The notes: a model not told the origin generated them from the sequence alone. Positions 47,781 to 57,838 are shown, counted from the first letter of the stretch. The stretch: 62,536 bases of DNA from Candidatus Micrarchaeota archaeon (GCA_964604635.1 CAZRZO010000003.1:1-62536), one strand, 5' to 3'. Translations and numbers: made by a program.

Positions 47781-48383
47781 ATGACTCTAAATCAAATTAA
47801 AAAGCAAATAAGTATTGATTCAGAAGTAAAACTAGATGAAATTAAAAAGATTGTAAAGCAGGAAACAAATGAAATAATTAAACAAGCTAATGATCAAGCA
47901 AATCAAATTTTAGAAAAATCAAAAATAGATTTAAATCAAGAAATAAAGCAAGTAGAATTAGAATATAATTCACAGATTGAATTTGAAAAGAATCAAAGTA
48001 TTATTATTGAAAAAGAATCTATTTTAAATAAAATATCAAAAGATCTAAAACAAATTTTTATAAAACAAATTAATAATCAAACAAATAAATTACTTGATTC
48101 TGCTATACATCAAATTTCAGAAACATTAAGTGAAAACAATATTTTCATTGATTTAAATAAAAATGAAAAAAATATAAATTTTAGTAAACTTAAAAAATAT
48201 AAATTAAAGTATATAAATCAAGATAATATTATTATTCATAATAAAGAATATGATATACAAATTGAAATAAATTCTGAAAAATTATTTGAAGATAATATTG
48301 ATTTAGTAAAATATGAACTTTCAAAATACTTATTTAAAGAAGAAGCAGCAAGTAAAAAAAGCGCAAAATCAAGTAAAAAATAA
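47781..48383 (+). CDS. atpE: A-type ATP synthase subunit E
   Basis: 200-aa protein with a long N-terminal helix and a globular C-terminus. Operon position fits. Confidence 0.75.
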   Translation: MTLNQIKKQISIDSEVKLDEIKKIVKQETNEIIKQANDQANQILEKSKIDLNQEIKQVELEYNSQIEFEKNQSIIIEKESILNKISKDLKQIFIKQINNQTNKLLDSAIHQISETLSENNIFIDLNKNEKNINFSKLKKYKLKYINQDNIIIHNKEYDIQIEINSEKLFEDNIDLVKYELSKYLFKEEAASKKSAKSSKK

Positions 48384-48399
48384 AATATATTATTAATAT

Positions 48400-49464
48400 G
48401 TGGTTTATGTGGTCAGTGGTTATGGCAGCGCGGTTTTATATGGTTATTCAAATACATACATTAAAGCAGTTGAATCAAAATTGATTAATAAAACTACTAT
48501 GCAAAATATAATAAATGCAAAAGATATACCTTCTATATTACTTATTTTAATAAATACTGATTATAAAAAAAACCTTATTGATTTTGGTGGGTTAAATATA
48601 AAATTAGAATTAATTGACTTTGCACTAAGTAAAAATTTTGGTGAAAAAATAAATAAACTAATGAATGTTACACCACTTACAAAAAAATATATAATGCGTC
48701 AATTAATTGGGAAATGGGATTTATATAATATAAAGTTAGCATTAGAAGCAAGACATCAAAAAAAGGATTTTAGTTCAATCTCTAAATATTTAATAGATTA
48801 TGGTGCTTACAGTTCTCTAATGATAAAACAGACAATGCAGGAAACAATTGCAATAGAAGATCTTTTACAAAAATTTATAATAAATTCACCCTATAAAAAT
48901 ATTTTACAACAATCTCTACAATTATATAAAAAAAATCAAAATATTTTAGAAGTAAATATTGGTATTGATAAAAATTATTATGAAAATTTAAGTAAATTAT
49001 TATTTAAAATGAATAATATTGATCATAATACTTATTTTATTATTAAAAAAGAAATTGATATGAAAAATGTTATTAGTTTATTAAGAGCAAAAAAGCATAA
49101 TTTAAATTTTAATTATTTAGAAAAATTTATTATTGAAAATGGAAATCTTGATAAAGAAAAATTAAGAAGCATATTTGAAAAATCTTCAAATGTAGAAGAT
49201 TTAGTAACACAAATTAAAATTTTTGAAATAAAATCACAATTAAATAATTATTTGAAAACAAATGATTTATTATACTTCGAAATAAAAATGAAACATAATA
49301 TATTAGATACAAGTTCAAAAATTTTAAAGCACACAACTCTTTCATTTGGTTCAATATATTATTATTTATATTTAAAAGAAATTGAAATTTCAACAATAAG
49401 GCTTTTATTAAAAGCTAAACAATATAATTTAGATAAACAAGAATTATCTCAATTGATACAATGA
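48400..49464 (+). CDS. atpC: A-type ATP synthase subunit C
   Basis: YGYSNTYIKAVESKLI start typical of subunit C (V-type d); 354 aa, all-helical. Confidence 0.8.
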   Translation: MVYVVSGYGSAVLYGYSNTYIKAVESKLINKTTMQNIINAKDIPSILLILINTDYKKNLIDFGGLNIKLELIDFALSKNFGEKINKLMNVTPLTKKYIMRQLIGKWDLYNIKLALEARHQKKDFSSISKYLIDYGAYSSLMIKQTMQETIAIEDLLQKFIINSPYKNILQQSLQLYKKNQNILEVNIGIDKNYYENLSKLLFKMNNIDHNTYFIIKKEIDMKNVISLLRAKKHNLNFNYLEKFIIENGNLDKEKLRSIFEKSSNVEDLVTQIKIFEIKSQLNNYLKTNDLLYFEIKMKHNILDTSSKILKHTTLSFGSIYYYLYLKEIEISTIRLLLKAKQYNLDKQELSQLIQ

Positions 49465-49799
49465 TGACAACTGAAAATAATGTTAATTATAAAATAGCAG
49501 TTATTGGTAATGAGCTATTATGTTTAGGTTTTAAATTATTAGGAACAAAAAATACTTTTAATCCACAGGAAAATCTAGAAGAAATATTAAAAGAACTCAT
49601 TCAAAATGAAGAAATAGGATTAATAATTATAAATCAGAAAATGGTTGAAAAAATAACAAATAATAAATTATTAGAATCAATGAATAAATCCATAAAGCCT
49701 TTAATAATAGAAATTCAAGGTTATAATGAACAAGATAAACATCAAGATAATTTAAGAAAAATAATATTAAAAGCAATTGGTATGGACATAGTACTTTAA
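49461..49799 (+). CDS. atpF: A-type ATP synthase subunit F
   Basis: KIAVIGNELLCLGFKLLG start typical of subunit F. ATGA overlap with atpC. Confidence 0.85.
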   Translation: MMTTENNVNYKIAVIGNELLCLGFKLLGTKNTFNPQENLEEILKELIQNEEIGLIIINQKMVEKITNNKLLESMNKSIKPLIIEIQGYNEQDKHQDNLRKIILKAIGMDIVL

Positions 49800-49850
49800 T
49801 TGTTAAATTTAAAAAATATAAAATATAAAATTTTATTTATAAGTGATTTT

Positions 49851-51605
49851 TTGGGAATAATTGAAAAAGTTTCAGGACCTATTGTTATTGCAAATAATAT
49901 GTTAGGAGCAAAAATGTATGACGTAGTTAAAATTGGAGATGATCAATTAGTTGGTGAAATTATCCAATTAAATCAAGATAAAACAATTATCCAAGTTTAT
50001 GAAGACACATCAGGATTAAAACCTGGTGAAACTGTTATTTCAACACAATTGCCTTTATCTGTTAATCTAGGACCTGGATTAATTGCAAATATTTATGATG
50101 GTATTCAAAGACCTTTAGAAGAAATTAGAAAACAGTCAGGAGATTTTATTTCAAAAGGAGTTAATATTAATGCATTAGATGAAAAAAAGATGTGGGAATT
50201 TATTCCAAACAAAACAATAAAATTGAATTCACAGGTTAATGAAGGGGATATTATAGGTTATGTGCAAGAAACAGAAATTATCAAGCATTATATTTTAATT
50301 CCCCAAAATATTAATGGAAAATTAATTGAATTAAAATCAGGAAAATTTAATATAAAACAAACAATTGCAGTATTAAAAAATAATAACAAAGAAATTAAAA
50401 TTCAAATGATGCAAACAAGGTCTGTTAGAAAACCTTCTAAATACAAAAATAAAATAATATTAAATGAACCTTTAATAACAGGACAAAGAGTTATTGATAT
50501 GTTTTTTCCAATTGCAAAAGGAGGTACTGCAGCAATTCCAGGTGCATTTGGAACAGGAAAAACAGTTGTATCTCACCAATTAGCAAAATGGTCTAATGCT
50601 AGTATTATTGTTTATGTTGGATGTGGAGAAAGAGGAAATGAAATGACAGAAGTTTTAACAGAATTTCCAGAGTTAAAAGATCCAAAAACACAAAAACCAC
50701 TAATGCAAAGAACTATTTTAATTGCAAATACAAGTAATATGCCAGTTGCTGCTAGGGAAGCAAGTATTTATACTGGAATAACAATTGCTGAATATTTTAG
50801 AGATATGGGTTATGATATTGCTGTTATGGCTGATAGTACATCTAGGTGGGCAGAAGCAATGAGAGAAGTTTCAGCTAGATTAGAAGAAATGCCAGGTGAA
50901 GAAGGTTATCCAGCTTATTTAGGAAAAAGGCTTGCTGAATTTTATGAAAGAGGTGGAAAGGTTATAACATTAAATAATAAACAAGGATCAATAACAATAG
51001 TAGGAGCAGTGTCACCACCAGGAGGTGATATTTCTGAACCAGTTTCTCAAGGTACATTAAGATTAACAAAAACCTTTTGGGCATTAGATGCTGTTTTAGC
51101 AAGTTCAAGACATTTCCCAGCAATAAACTGGTTGAATAGTTATTCACTTTATCAGAATCAATTAAAACAATGGTATGTTGATAATGTTGGAGAAAACTTT
51201 ATTGATAATAAAATAATTGCAATGAAAATATTGCAACAAGAATCAGAATTAAGAAATATTGTTCAATTAGTTGGTGCTGATGCACTGCCAGACTATGAAC
51301 GTATTGTTTTAGATGTTGGAAAAATAATTAGAGAAAATTTCTTGTTTCAAAATGCTTATGATGATATTGATACTTTTTCAAGTTTAGATAGACAATTTAA
51401 AATGTTAGAAACAATTTTATATTTTAATGAATTAGCACAGAAATCAGTAAAAGAAATTAGTGCAGATAAAATAATAAATTTAAAAATTAAACAAGATATA
51501 TCAAGAATGCGGGAAATTAATAATAAAGAGTTTAATGATTATATTATTAATCTAAAGAAAAATATAAAAACTGCATTTGATGAATTAATTAAATTAAATT
51601 CCTAA
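49851..51605 (+). CDS. atpA: A-type ATP synthase catalytic subunit A
   Basis: [13 protein letters not shown] start, Walker [36 protein letters not shown]. The TTG at 49851 follows AGTGAT plus 3 nt; the track start at 49800 is probably too early. Confidence 0.93.
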   Translation: MGIIEKVSGPIVIANNMLGAKMYDVVKIGDDQLVGEIIQLNQDKTIIQVYEDTSGLKPGETVISTQLPLSVNLGPGLIANIYDGIQRPLEEIRKQSGDFISKGVNINALDEKKMWEFIPNKTIKLNSQVNEGDIIGYVQETEIIKHYILIPQNINGKLIELKSGKFNIKQTIAVLKNNNKEIKIQMMQTRSVRKPSKYKNKIILNEPLITGQRVIDMFFPIAKGGTAAIPGAFGTGKTVVSHQLAKWSNASIIVYVGCGERGNEMTEVLTEFPELKDPKTQKPLMQRTILIANTSNMPVAAREASIYTGITIAEYFRDMGYDIAVMADSTSRWAEAMREVSARLEEMPGEEGYPAYLGKRLAEFYERGGKVITLNNKQGSITIVGAVSPPGGDISEPVSQGTLRLTKTFWALDAVLASSRHFPAINWLNSYSLYQNQLKQWYVDNVGENFIDNKIIAMKILQQESELRNIVQLVGADALPDYERIVLDVGKIIRENFLFQNAYDDIDTFSSLDRQFKMLETILYFNELAQKSVKEISADKIINLKIKQDISRMREINNKEFNDYIINLKKNIKTAFDELIKLNS

Positions 51606-52028
51606 ATATATTTTGTAAAAAGCATATGAATTTATTACTATTAAATATTTATTTATAATATTTGATATTATTTTGTAGTTAGAACTTTTATAATTATTTT
51701 TTAATATTGATTTTTTCTGTTTATTACTATTTTAAATCTAATTAATTATTTCTATTATTTTACATTGTTCAATATTATTTCTAAATAATGTATTGTATAA
51801 TAAAAATTATGAATTTATTTATTATGATCTATTGTAAAAATTAGTATTATTATTGCTAAATACAAATAAAAAGAGTTCTTATATTATTTTATAAACTTAT
51901 TGTAATTGTTAAAAAAATACATTATATTTATTAATAAATCTTTACTTTAAGTTATAAAAATATAATAAAATAAATATTCAAAGATTAAATTAAAATATCA
52001 TTTTCCTCTTTTTTTATAAATGTGAATA

Positions 52029-52553
52029 TTATTTATGTTGAAATTCAGCTAAATGATGCCACCATTTAACATGTTTTTCAATCCAATTATCAATAGAATA
52101 TTTACTTGTTCCATAAGTTGCATTTATTAACATAAGACATAAAAATACTAAAATGTAAATTATTGAAGTTCCTACATCAGTTGCACCTGCTACATATGGA
52201 CCACCAAAACCTTCAGGTATTGCATAAATCATAAAACTAAATCCAGCTCCAATTAAATAAATAAGTTTTCTTAATACTCCAAATATAAGTCCTAATCCTA
52301 ATAAAACTTCTGCTGTTCCTACTACATAAAATAATATAATTGGGTGAATTGCACTAAGATTACTCCATAAATTAAACCATTGCATAAGAAATGCTGGTTG
52401 GCCAGCACTAGCAGCTTGTATGTCTTGTAAAAAACCACTTGGTGTCATAAATAAAAATTTAAAACTACCATCAACAAGCCAAATGATTCCGAATATAATT
52501 CTTAAAAAGACTTTGAATTTAAATCTATTTCTGTATAAACATGATTTTTTCAT
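52029..52553 (-). CDS. DoxX family membrane protein
   Basis: 4-TM, 174-aa protein with LRIIFGIIWLVDGSFKF, as in DoxX. Confidence 0.5.
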   Translation of the reverse strand: MKKSCLYRNRFKFKVFLRIIFGIIWLVDGSFKFLFMTPSGFLQDIQAASAGQPAFLMQWFNLWSNLSAIHPIILFYVVGTAEVLLGLGLIFGVLRKLIYLIGAGFSFMIYAIPEGFGGPYVAGATDVGTSIIYILVFLCLMLINATYGTSKYSIDNWIEKHVKWWHHLAEFQHK

Positions 52554-52679
52554 ATTCTCATAACAATCTTATTTACTAAAATATTTAAATATATGTTTTT
52601 AGTTATCTGTTAATTTATATAAAATTATAAGTGAAAATAATATTTTATTAAATATTTATAATTATAAATTTTAATGTTT

Positions 52680-54395
52680 TTAAATTCTATTTGATAAATT
52701 AAATAATCCTTTAATAATTTTTGTTTTGTTTAAAACAGTATAGTTCATTATTAAATTATATGAATTAATTATACTTATTTGACTAGAAAGTCCATTACAT
52801 GAAATATTAAGTATTAAAGAATTATCAGATCCAATTGTTTTATTTATTGTTTGATTAGATTCAAAACCTGAATCATAGCAAGCAATTGTGTTTATTTTAA
52901 TACTATTATTCATTTTATTTGTAATATTTAATGAAGCAACTGAATTAAGATAATTAAAATTATAATAACTGCAATTTAATAAAGTGCTGTCTAATGAACA
53001 TTTATTAATTGTTTTCCAAGAAAAAGATGTTTGGTTAAAATTTAATCTATTAATTAAACTTTGTGCAATTCTAGAAGCATAAATTGATAAATTATTATTT
53101 ACAATTGAATAAAGACCAAGTTTATAATTTTTTGTAAATTCTGTTGAATTAACAATTGAAAAATTTAAAGTATTTAATGAAATAAAATCACTACAAACAT
53201 GTGTATTATTTTGATTAGATAAAATACCTTTGCATGTTTTATTAAAAGTAATTAATTGTTTGTTATTGTGTATTATATAATTGATGAATGTACCATATTT
53301 ACTATCAAATAATCTATAAAAACCAGAAGAATTATTATTATATGTACTAATTAAACCAATGTTTGAAACATTAGTGAATATAAATTTAGAACTATTTTTT
53401 ATAAAAACAGGATTACTAGTAAATATTGATTCAATTGAATTATAATTATTTGTTTGATAATTCTTTTTAATTATATTTAAACAAGAATTAGAATTATTTG
53501 AATTATTTTTATATGCAATAATTTTAGTCCACCCTTGCTGATAAAAATAACAAATACTTTTATTATTATCAATTTTTATAAAATTCACATTAATTTTTTT
53601 CTGATTATTTATTTCATTTTTATTATAATTTAAATTTATAGTATAATTTGTATTATAAATATTTGAAAATGTAGAAACAACAGTACTAATAAATTCAGGT
53701 TTTAAATTTCCTTGTATCCAAGTAGAATATGCTGATGTATTATTATTATATCTAATATAAAGTCCATTCAATATATTCATATGGTTTGATAAATCATAAA
53801 AAATTTTAGATAAAATAATTTGAGAAAAAACAATATTATTTAAAAAATCATTTTTATTGAAATTAATATCAATAAAAGGAATTGCAGTAATGCCTTGTTT
53901 ATATAATGAAAATGTTTCTAATGCTTGTATGTTATTATCAGGAATTGATGAGGGAATATCTAAAACGCTTTGAAGTTTTTTTACTTTAATATTAATATTA
54001 CTCTTTATTGTTGAAGTATTAGAAATAGTTCGTACTAATGAAGGATTTGCAATTATTTCAAAATTAAATATTCCTGATTTATTATAAGTATAATTTAAAG
54101 TTGTTGTAATATTTTTATAAGGTGGTAATGAAACAGTATATGATTTAATTAAACTATGATTTAAATAAAATCCCAAAACTAAATTTTTAATATAATTAGA
54201 TCCAGTATTGTTTATTTGTATTTTAAAATAAGATGTTTCAAAAGGATATAATATTGTATTTGATGAATTACTTGATAAAGATACATTTATTTTATAAACA
54301 TGGTTTGTTTTTATAATTAAGATACTACTAACAATACTAAGTATTACAATTGCTAAGATAATATAGATTATTATATTTAAATTAATTTTTTTTAT
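52680..54395 (-). CDS. Asn-rich, heavily sequon-laden surface protein with N-terminal TM/signal anchor; proposed ATA start
   Basis: The track gives a TTG start at 54176, but the frame stays open to 54419. It encodes KKINLNIIIYIILAIVILSIVSSILII, preceded by GGTGAT (54404-54399) plus AAT plus ATA (54395). More than 30 NxS/T sequons. Confidence 0.6.
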   Translation of the reverse strand: MKKINLNIIIYIILAIVILSIVSSILIIKTNHVYKINVSLSSNSSNTILYPFETSYFKIQINNTGSNYIKNLVLGFYLNHSLIKSYTVSLPPYKNITTTLNYTYNKSGIFNFEIIANPSLVRTISNTSTIKSNINIKVKKLQSVLDIPSSIPDNNIQALETFSLYKQGITAIPFIDINFNKNDFLNNIVFSQIILSKIFYDLSNHMNILNGLYIRYNNNTSAYSTWIQGNLKPEFISTVVSTFSNIYNTNYTINLNYNKNEINNQKKINVNFIKIDNNKSICYFYQQGWTKIIAYKNNSNNSNSCLNIIKKNYQTNNYNSIESIFTSNPVFIKNSSKFIFTNVSNIGLISTYNNNSSGFYRLFDSKYGTFINYIIHNNKQLITFNKTCKGILSNQNNTHVCSDFISLNTLNFSIVNSTEFTKNYKLGLYSIVNNNLSIYASRIAQSLINRLNFNQTSFSWKTINKCSLDSTLLNCSYYNFNYLNSVASLNITNKMNNSIKINTIACYDSGFESNQTINKTIGSDNSLILNISCNGLSSQISIINSYNLIMNYTVLNKTKIIKGLFNLSNRI

Positions 54396-54399
54396 ATTA

Positions 54400-54858
54400 T
54401 CACCTATTTTTAAGTTCTTTTATCATTCTTTTTATATTACTTTTTATTGGCTCTATAATTGAATTAAAATAATCATCAACCCATAAAGTTTCATCATTTT
54501 TATTAATTTCATCATTTTTAATTAAAAAATATTTTGATTTTGAATTTTTAATAATATTCATTTTTTTTAATTGCAATAAATGATATCTTAATGTTTTCTC
54601 ATTAATCTGACCCCATGTTTTATTAATATAATTCATTAATTCTACAACACTTGGATCTTTTTTTTGAGATATTTGAAAATATAATATTGAATCTAAAACT
54701 GAAAGAGCACTAAGTCTTGATTCTTTAGGATTAACAATACCTAATGATAAAGCAAGCCATCTTATTATTGAACGTCTAGTTTCTAAATTTTCTTTAGTTA
54801 ATCTTAATAATCTTAATGTTATTTCTTTTTCAATAAGTTTTGATTCATTAAGTTCCAT
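54400..54858 (-). CDS. winged-helix transcriptional regulator candidate
   Basis: 152 aa. The segment LRYHLLQLKKMNIIK.. resembles a wHTH recognition helix and wing. Its TGA stop lies inside the SD of the downstream surface-protein gene. Confidence 0.35.
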   Translation of the reverse strand: MELNESKLIEKEITLRLLRLTKENLETRRSIIRWLALSLGIVNPKESRLSALSVLDSILYFQISQKKDPSVVELMNYINKTWGQINEKTLRYHLLQLKKMNIIKNSKSKYFLIKNDEINKNDETLWVDDYFNSIIEPIKSNIKRMIKELKNR

Positions 54859-55015
54859 ATTATCTATTTTTTATTTATAATTTAATAAATATTTATTTAA
54901 TTTTAATAATTAATTGTTTTATAATATTAATTATTAATAATTTAATTTTTTATTTTAGTATTTATTATATTTTAATATTTAATTTAATAATATATTTAAT
55001 TAATAAAATGATTTT

Positions 55016-55411
55016 ATGACTAATTTATCTATTAAAACAATACTAGAACCAAGTGATTTGAAAGCTTATTCTAGAAACGAAGCTTTATTATTAATTGAAA
55101 TTTCAAATCAAAATGAGCAAGTATTATGGTGTGAATCAGAAATAAAGGTTACTTCTCCATTATCTTTAGCATTTGATTATGAATTGAATAGAGGTTTTGT
55201 AAGAATTGGTATGATGGAACCAAATAAAACTAAAAAAAAGAAAGTAAATTTATATACTAGACCAAATAATTTTCCAGATGATTACAAATTAAATATCCTT
55301 TTTTTTATTTATGATAAAGATGGAGTAATATTTGAACGAATTGAACATCAAGTAATAGTTCCTTGCAAAGAAAATAAAAAAGAAGAAGAAAAAAGAAATA
55401 AAGATATTTAA
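55016..55411 (+). CDS. hypothetical protein (131 aa), probably beta-rich
   Basis: Clean ORF upstream of orc1. No motif recognised. Confidence 0.4.
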   Translation: MTNLSIKTILEPSDLKAYSRNEALLLIEISNQNEQVLWCESEIKVTSPLSLAFDYELNRGFVRIGMMEPNKTKKKKVNLYTRPNNFPDDYKLNILFFIYDKDGVIFERIEHQVIVPCKENKKEEEKRNKDI

Positions 55412-55496
55412 ATTCTAAATATTTAATTTATATTAATTGTTTTTATTTTTATTTAGTTATATAATTAAAATATTAAATTATACACATTGTGATAAT

Positions 55497-56693
55497 ATGG
55501 GTCTTAATGAGTTGTTAGCAGAATCAAAAATATTTAAGGATAGAGAAGTATTTTCTCCCTATTTTATCCCAAAAAAATTACTTTTTAGAGAAAAAGAAAT
55601 ATTAAAGATTGAAAAATCAATTGCACCAGCATTAAAAGGTGAAAGAGGGCGCAATTTATTTGTTTATGGTAAAACAGGATCAGGTAAAACATCATGCGTA
55701 AAATATGTGATTGATGAAATTAGAAGCATTCCAAATATAAAAGTAGCTATTTCTTATGTGAATTGTAGAATATATAATTCCAGATTCCGTGTTTTAAATA
55801 GAATAATTAATGATCATATGCCAACATATGCTAAAAGAGGATATGGGGCAGCAGATTTATATGAAAAAGTTATAAGATGGATTGAAGAGGATGGAAAATT
55901 ATTCATAATTGTTTTAGATGAATTAGATATGGTTAAAGATTTAGATGATTTAATTTATACTTTAACAAGAGTAAATACTGATATTAAAACAGGTGGTGTT
56001 TCATTAGTTGGTATTGCAAATAAAATTTCTTTTAAAGAAAATTTAGATCCAAGAAGTTTATCTTCTTTATATGAAACTGAACTTGTTTTTTCACCTTATT
56101 ATTCTGATGAATTATATGCAATTATAAAAGATAGGTCTGATATGGGTTTTTTTAAAAATGATATAATTAAAGATGAAACATTGCGTTTTATTGCTGCTGC
56201 TGCTGCAAAAGCAGGTGGTGATGCACGTTTTTCTTTAAAAATATTGACAAAAGCAGGAGAATTAAGTGAAGAATTAAATTTAGATAAAATATCAATGGAA
56301 CAAGCTAGCCAAGCAATTAAAATTGCAGAAGAAGACATTGTTTATGAATTAATTTCAACATTACCAGAACATTTAAAACTAGTTTTATATTCAATTTCTT
56401 TATTAAGTTTAACTGGTGGAACTTACAAAAAACTTACAAATGGTATTGATACTTATTTATTTAGTGGAGAAGTTTATAGTAGGTATAAATCAATAACAGA
56501 AAGTATTCATAAAGAACCAAAAACAGAAAGATGGTATAGACAGTATCTAAGTGAATTAGAAATGCAAGGATTAATAATTTCTTATGAATCTGGAAAAGGT
56601 ATTAGAGGACATACTAAATTAATAAAAATAACATATCCTTCAAAAAAAGTATCAGATATATTAGAAAAAGAAATATTTGGTGTTTCAAAATAA
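55497..56693 (+). CDS. orc1: Orc1/Cdc6 replication initiator
   Basis: PKKLLFREKEI.., Walker A YGKTGSGKTS, Walker B IVLDELD, sensor and wH C-terminal domain. The ATG at 55497 follows TGTGAT plus 3 nt; the track start at 55437 is too early. Confidence 0.92.
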   Translation: MGLNELLAESKIFKDREVFSPYFIPKKLLFREKEILKIEKSIAPALKGERGRNLFVYGKTGSGKTSCVKYVIDEIRSIPNIKVAISYVNCRIYNSRFRVLNRIINDHMPTYAKRGYGAADLYEKVIRWIEEDGKLFIIVLDELDMVKDLDDLIYTLTRVNTDIKTGGVSLVGIANKISFKENLDPRSLSSLYETELVFSPYYSDELYAIIKDRSDMGFFKNDIIKDETLRFIAAAAAKAGGDARFSLKILTKAGELSEELNLDKISMEQASQAIKIAEEDIVYELISTLPEHLKLVLYSISLLSLTGGTYKKLTNGIDTYLFSGEVYSRYKSITESIHKEPKTERWYRQYLSELEMQGLIISYESGKGIRGHTKLIKITYPSKKVSDILEKEIFGVSK

Positions 56694-56701
56694 GTGATAT
56701 T

Positions 56702-57211
56702 CTGGATTATTACGATATAATATTAAAAACCTGTAATATTAATATTGAAATAGAAAAAAAATTAGGATTTACAAAAATATATCAAATTACAACTGATTTG
56801 AATTCTAAAATTGCATATCAAAATAATCCAAAAATAAAAAAACTAATTAGAAATAAAGTAATATGTGCTGTTATTTCTACTGATTATAGTATTGATAAAA
56901 ATTTATTTAATTTATTACTAAAAAATAATATAATTTTTATTATTAAGATTCCAAATACAGATCAAAGATTTAATTTATCTAGAAATTTATATAAAATATC
57001 TAATTTATTTACTTATTTGGTTAAGCACAAAATACTTACAACATTTATAACACTTTCACAATCAAATGCATATTTATGTTCTTATATTCAATTAATTGAA
57101 TTTGTAAAGTTTATTGGTGCTACTGAACAATATGCTAAATTTTGTTTAAGTAATTTAAATAAAATAGCAATACAAAAAATTTCAAATGAAACTTATGAAG
57201 AAAAAATATAG
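56702..57211 (+). CDS. rnp3: RNase P protein component 3 (Rpp30); proposed CTG start
   Basis: Conserved position immediately upstream of pop5. The frame is open from 56618 with no ATG/GTG/TTG before 56798. AGTGAT (56693-56698) plus ATT plus CTG (56702) gives DYYDIILKTCNINIEIEKKLGF.., an Rpp30-like N-terminus. Confidence 0.5.
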   Translation: MDYYDIILKTCNINIEIEKKLGFTKIYQITTDLNSKIAYQNNPKIKKLIRNKVICAVISTDYSIDKNLFNLLLKNNIIFIIKIPNTDQRFNLSRNLYKISNLFTYLVKHKILTTFITLSQSNAYLCSYIQLIEFVKFIGATEQYAKFCLSNLNKIAIQKISNETYEEKI

Positions 57212-57497
57212 ATATTTGTTAATTGAATCAAGTTTAGAAATAAGGGATAAAAGTCAATTTAATATTCAATTATTTAATGAGTTAATTAATATAATTGGAT
57301 TAAATTATTACAAAGTAAATCCTAGAATTGTCTCTTTTATAGATAAAAATACATTTATAATCAAGTGTTCCAATTCTTATATTTCTTTTTTAATTTTAGC
57401 ATTTACTTTTATTAAATTTTTAAATAAAAACCCAATCTATTTTTATACTTTAAAAAGTTCGGGAACAATTAAATCAATAAAAGAACAATTAACTTAA
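57186..57497 (+). CDS. rnp2: RNase P protein component 2 (Pop5)
   Basis: KKKYRYLLIES.. matches the Pop5 RYxxFE-type N-terminal strand. About 100 aa; overlaps the rpp30 3' end. Confidence 0.65.
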   Translation: MKLMKKKYRYLLIESSLEIRDKSQFNIQLFNELINIIGLNYYKVNPRIVSFIDKNTFIIKCSNSYISFLILAFTFIKFLNKNPIYFYTLKSSGTIKSIKEQLT

Positions 57498-57733
57498 TTA
57501 TTATTCTCATCTAAAATTTTAATAACAGCATCTAATAAACCATGAGCATAGGATATGCAAGAAAAAGATGTATAAAGATCTTTTTTTTCAAGAAAAAAAT
57601 TAGCATCAGTAGCATACATAATTGATAATTCAATAACATTTCTAATTTGTTTATTTACATTAGATTTATCAATTTTTAGTATATTTTGATTAAATATTCC
57701 AATATCTTTTTTTATTCTATCTTTAATATCCAT
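57494..57733 (-). CDS. DUF357 family protein
   Basis: 79-aa helical protein. YATDANFFLEKKDLYTSFSCISYAHGLLDA matches the DUF357 pattern as recalled. Confidence 0.5.
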   Translation of the reverse strand: MDIKDRIKKDIGIFNQNILKIDKSNVNKQIRNVIELSIMYATDANFFLEKKDLYTSFSCISYAHGLLDAVIKILDENNN

Positions 57734-57838
57734 AGTATCTATCTATAACTAACTTATAAATTTAATATAATTATATATTTATTTAATATTTTATATATTA
57801 AAAATAATAAAATATTATTTATTTTACAATTGATAAAA

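Noticed and set aside
51606-52028. Hidden gene (e.g. degraded atpB), RNA gene or repeat array in the 423-bp gap after atpA
   Set aside because: No open frame longer than a few codons occurs on either strand. No GC-rich structured segment like the tRNAs is present, and the only recurrence seen is a short ATGAATTTATT, expected at this composition. It is treated as non-coding spacer.
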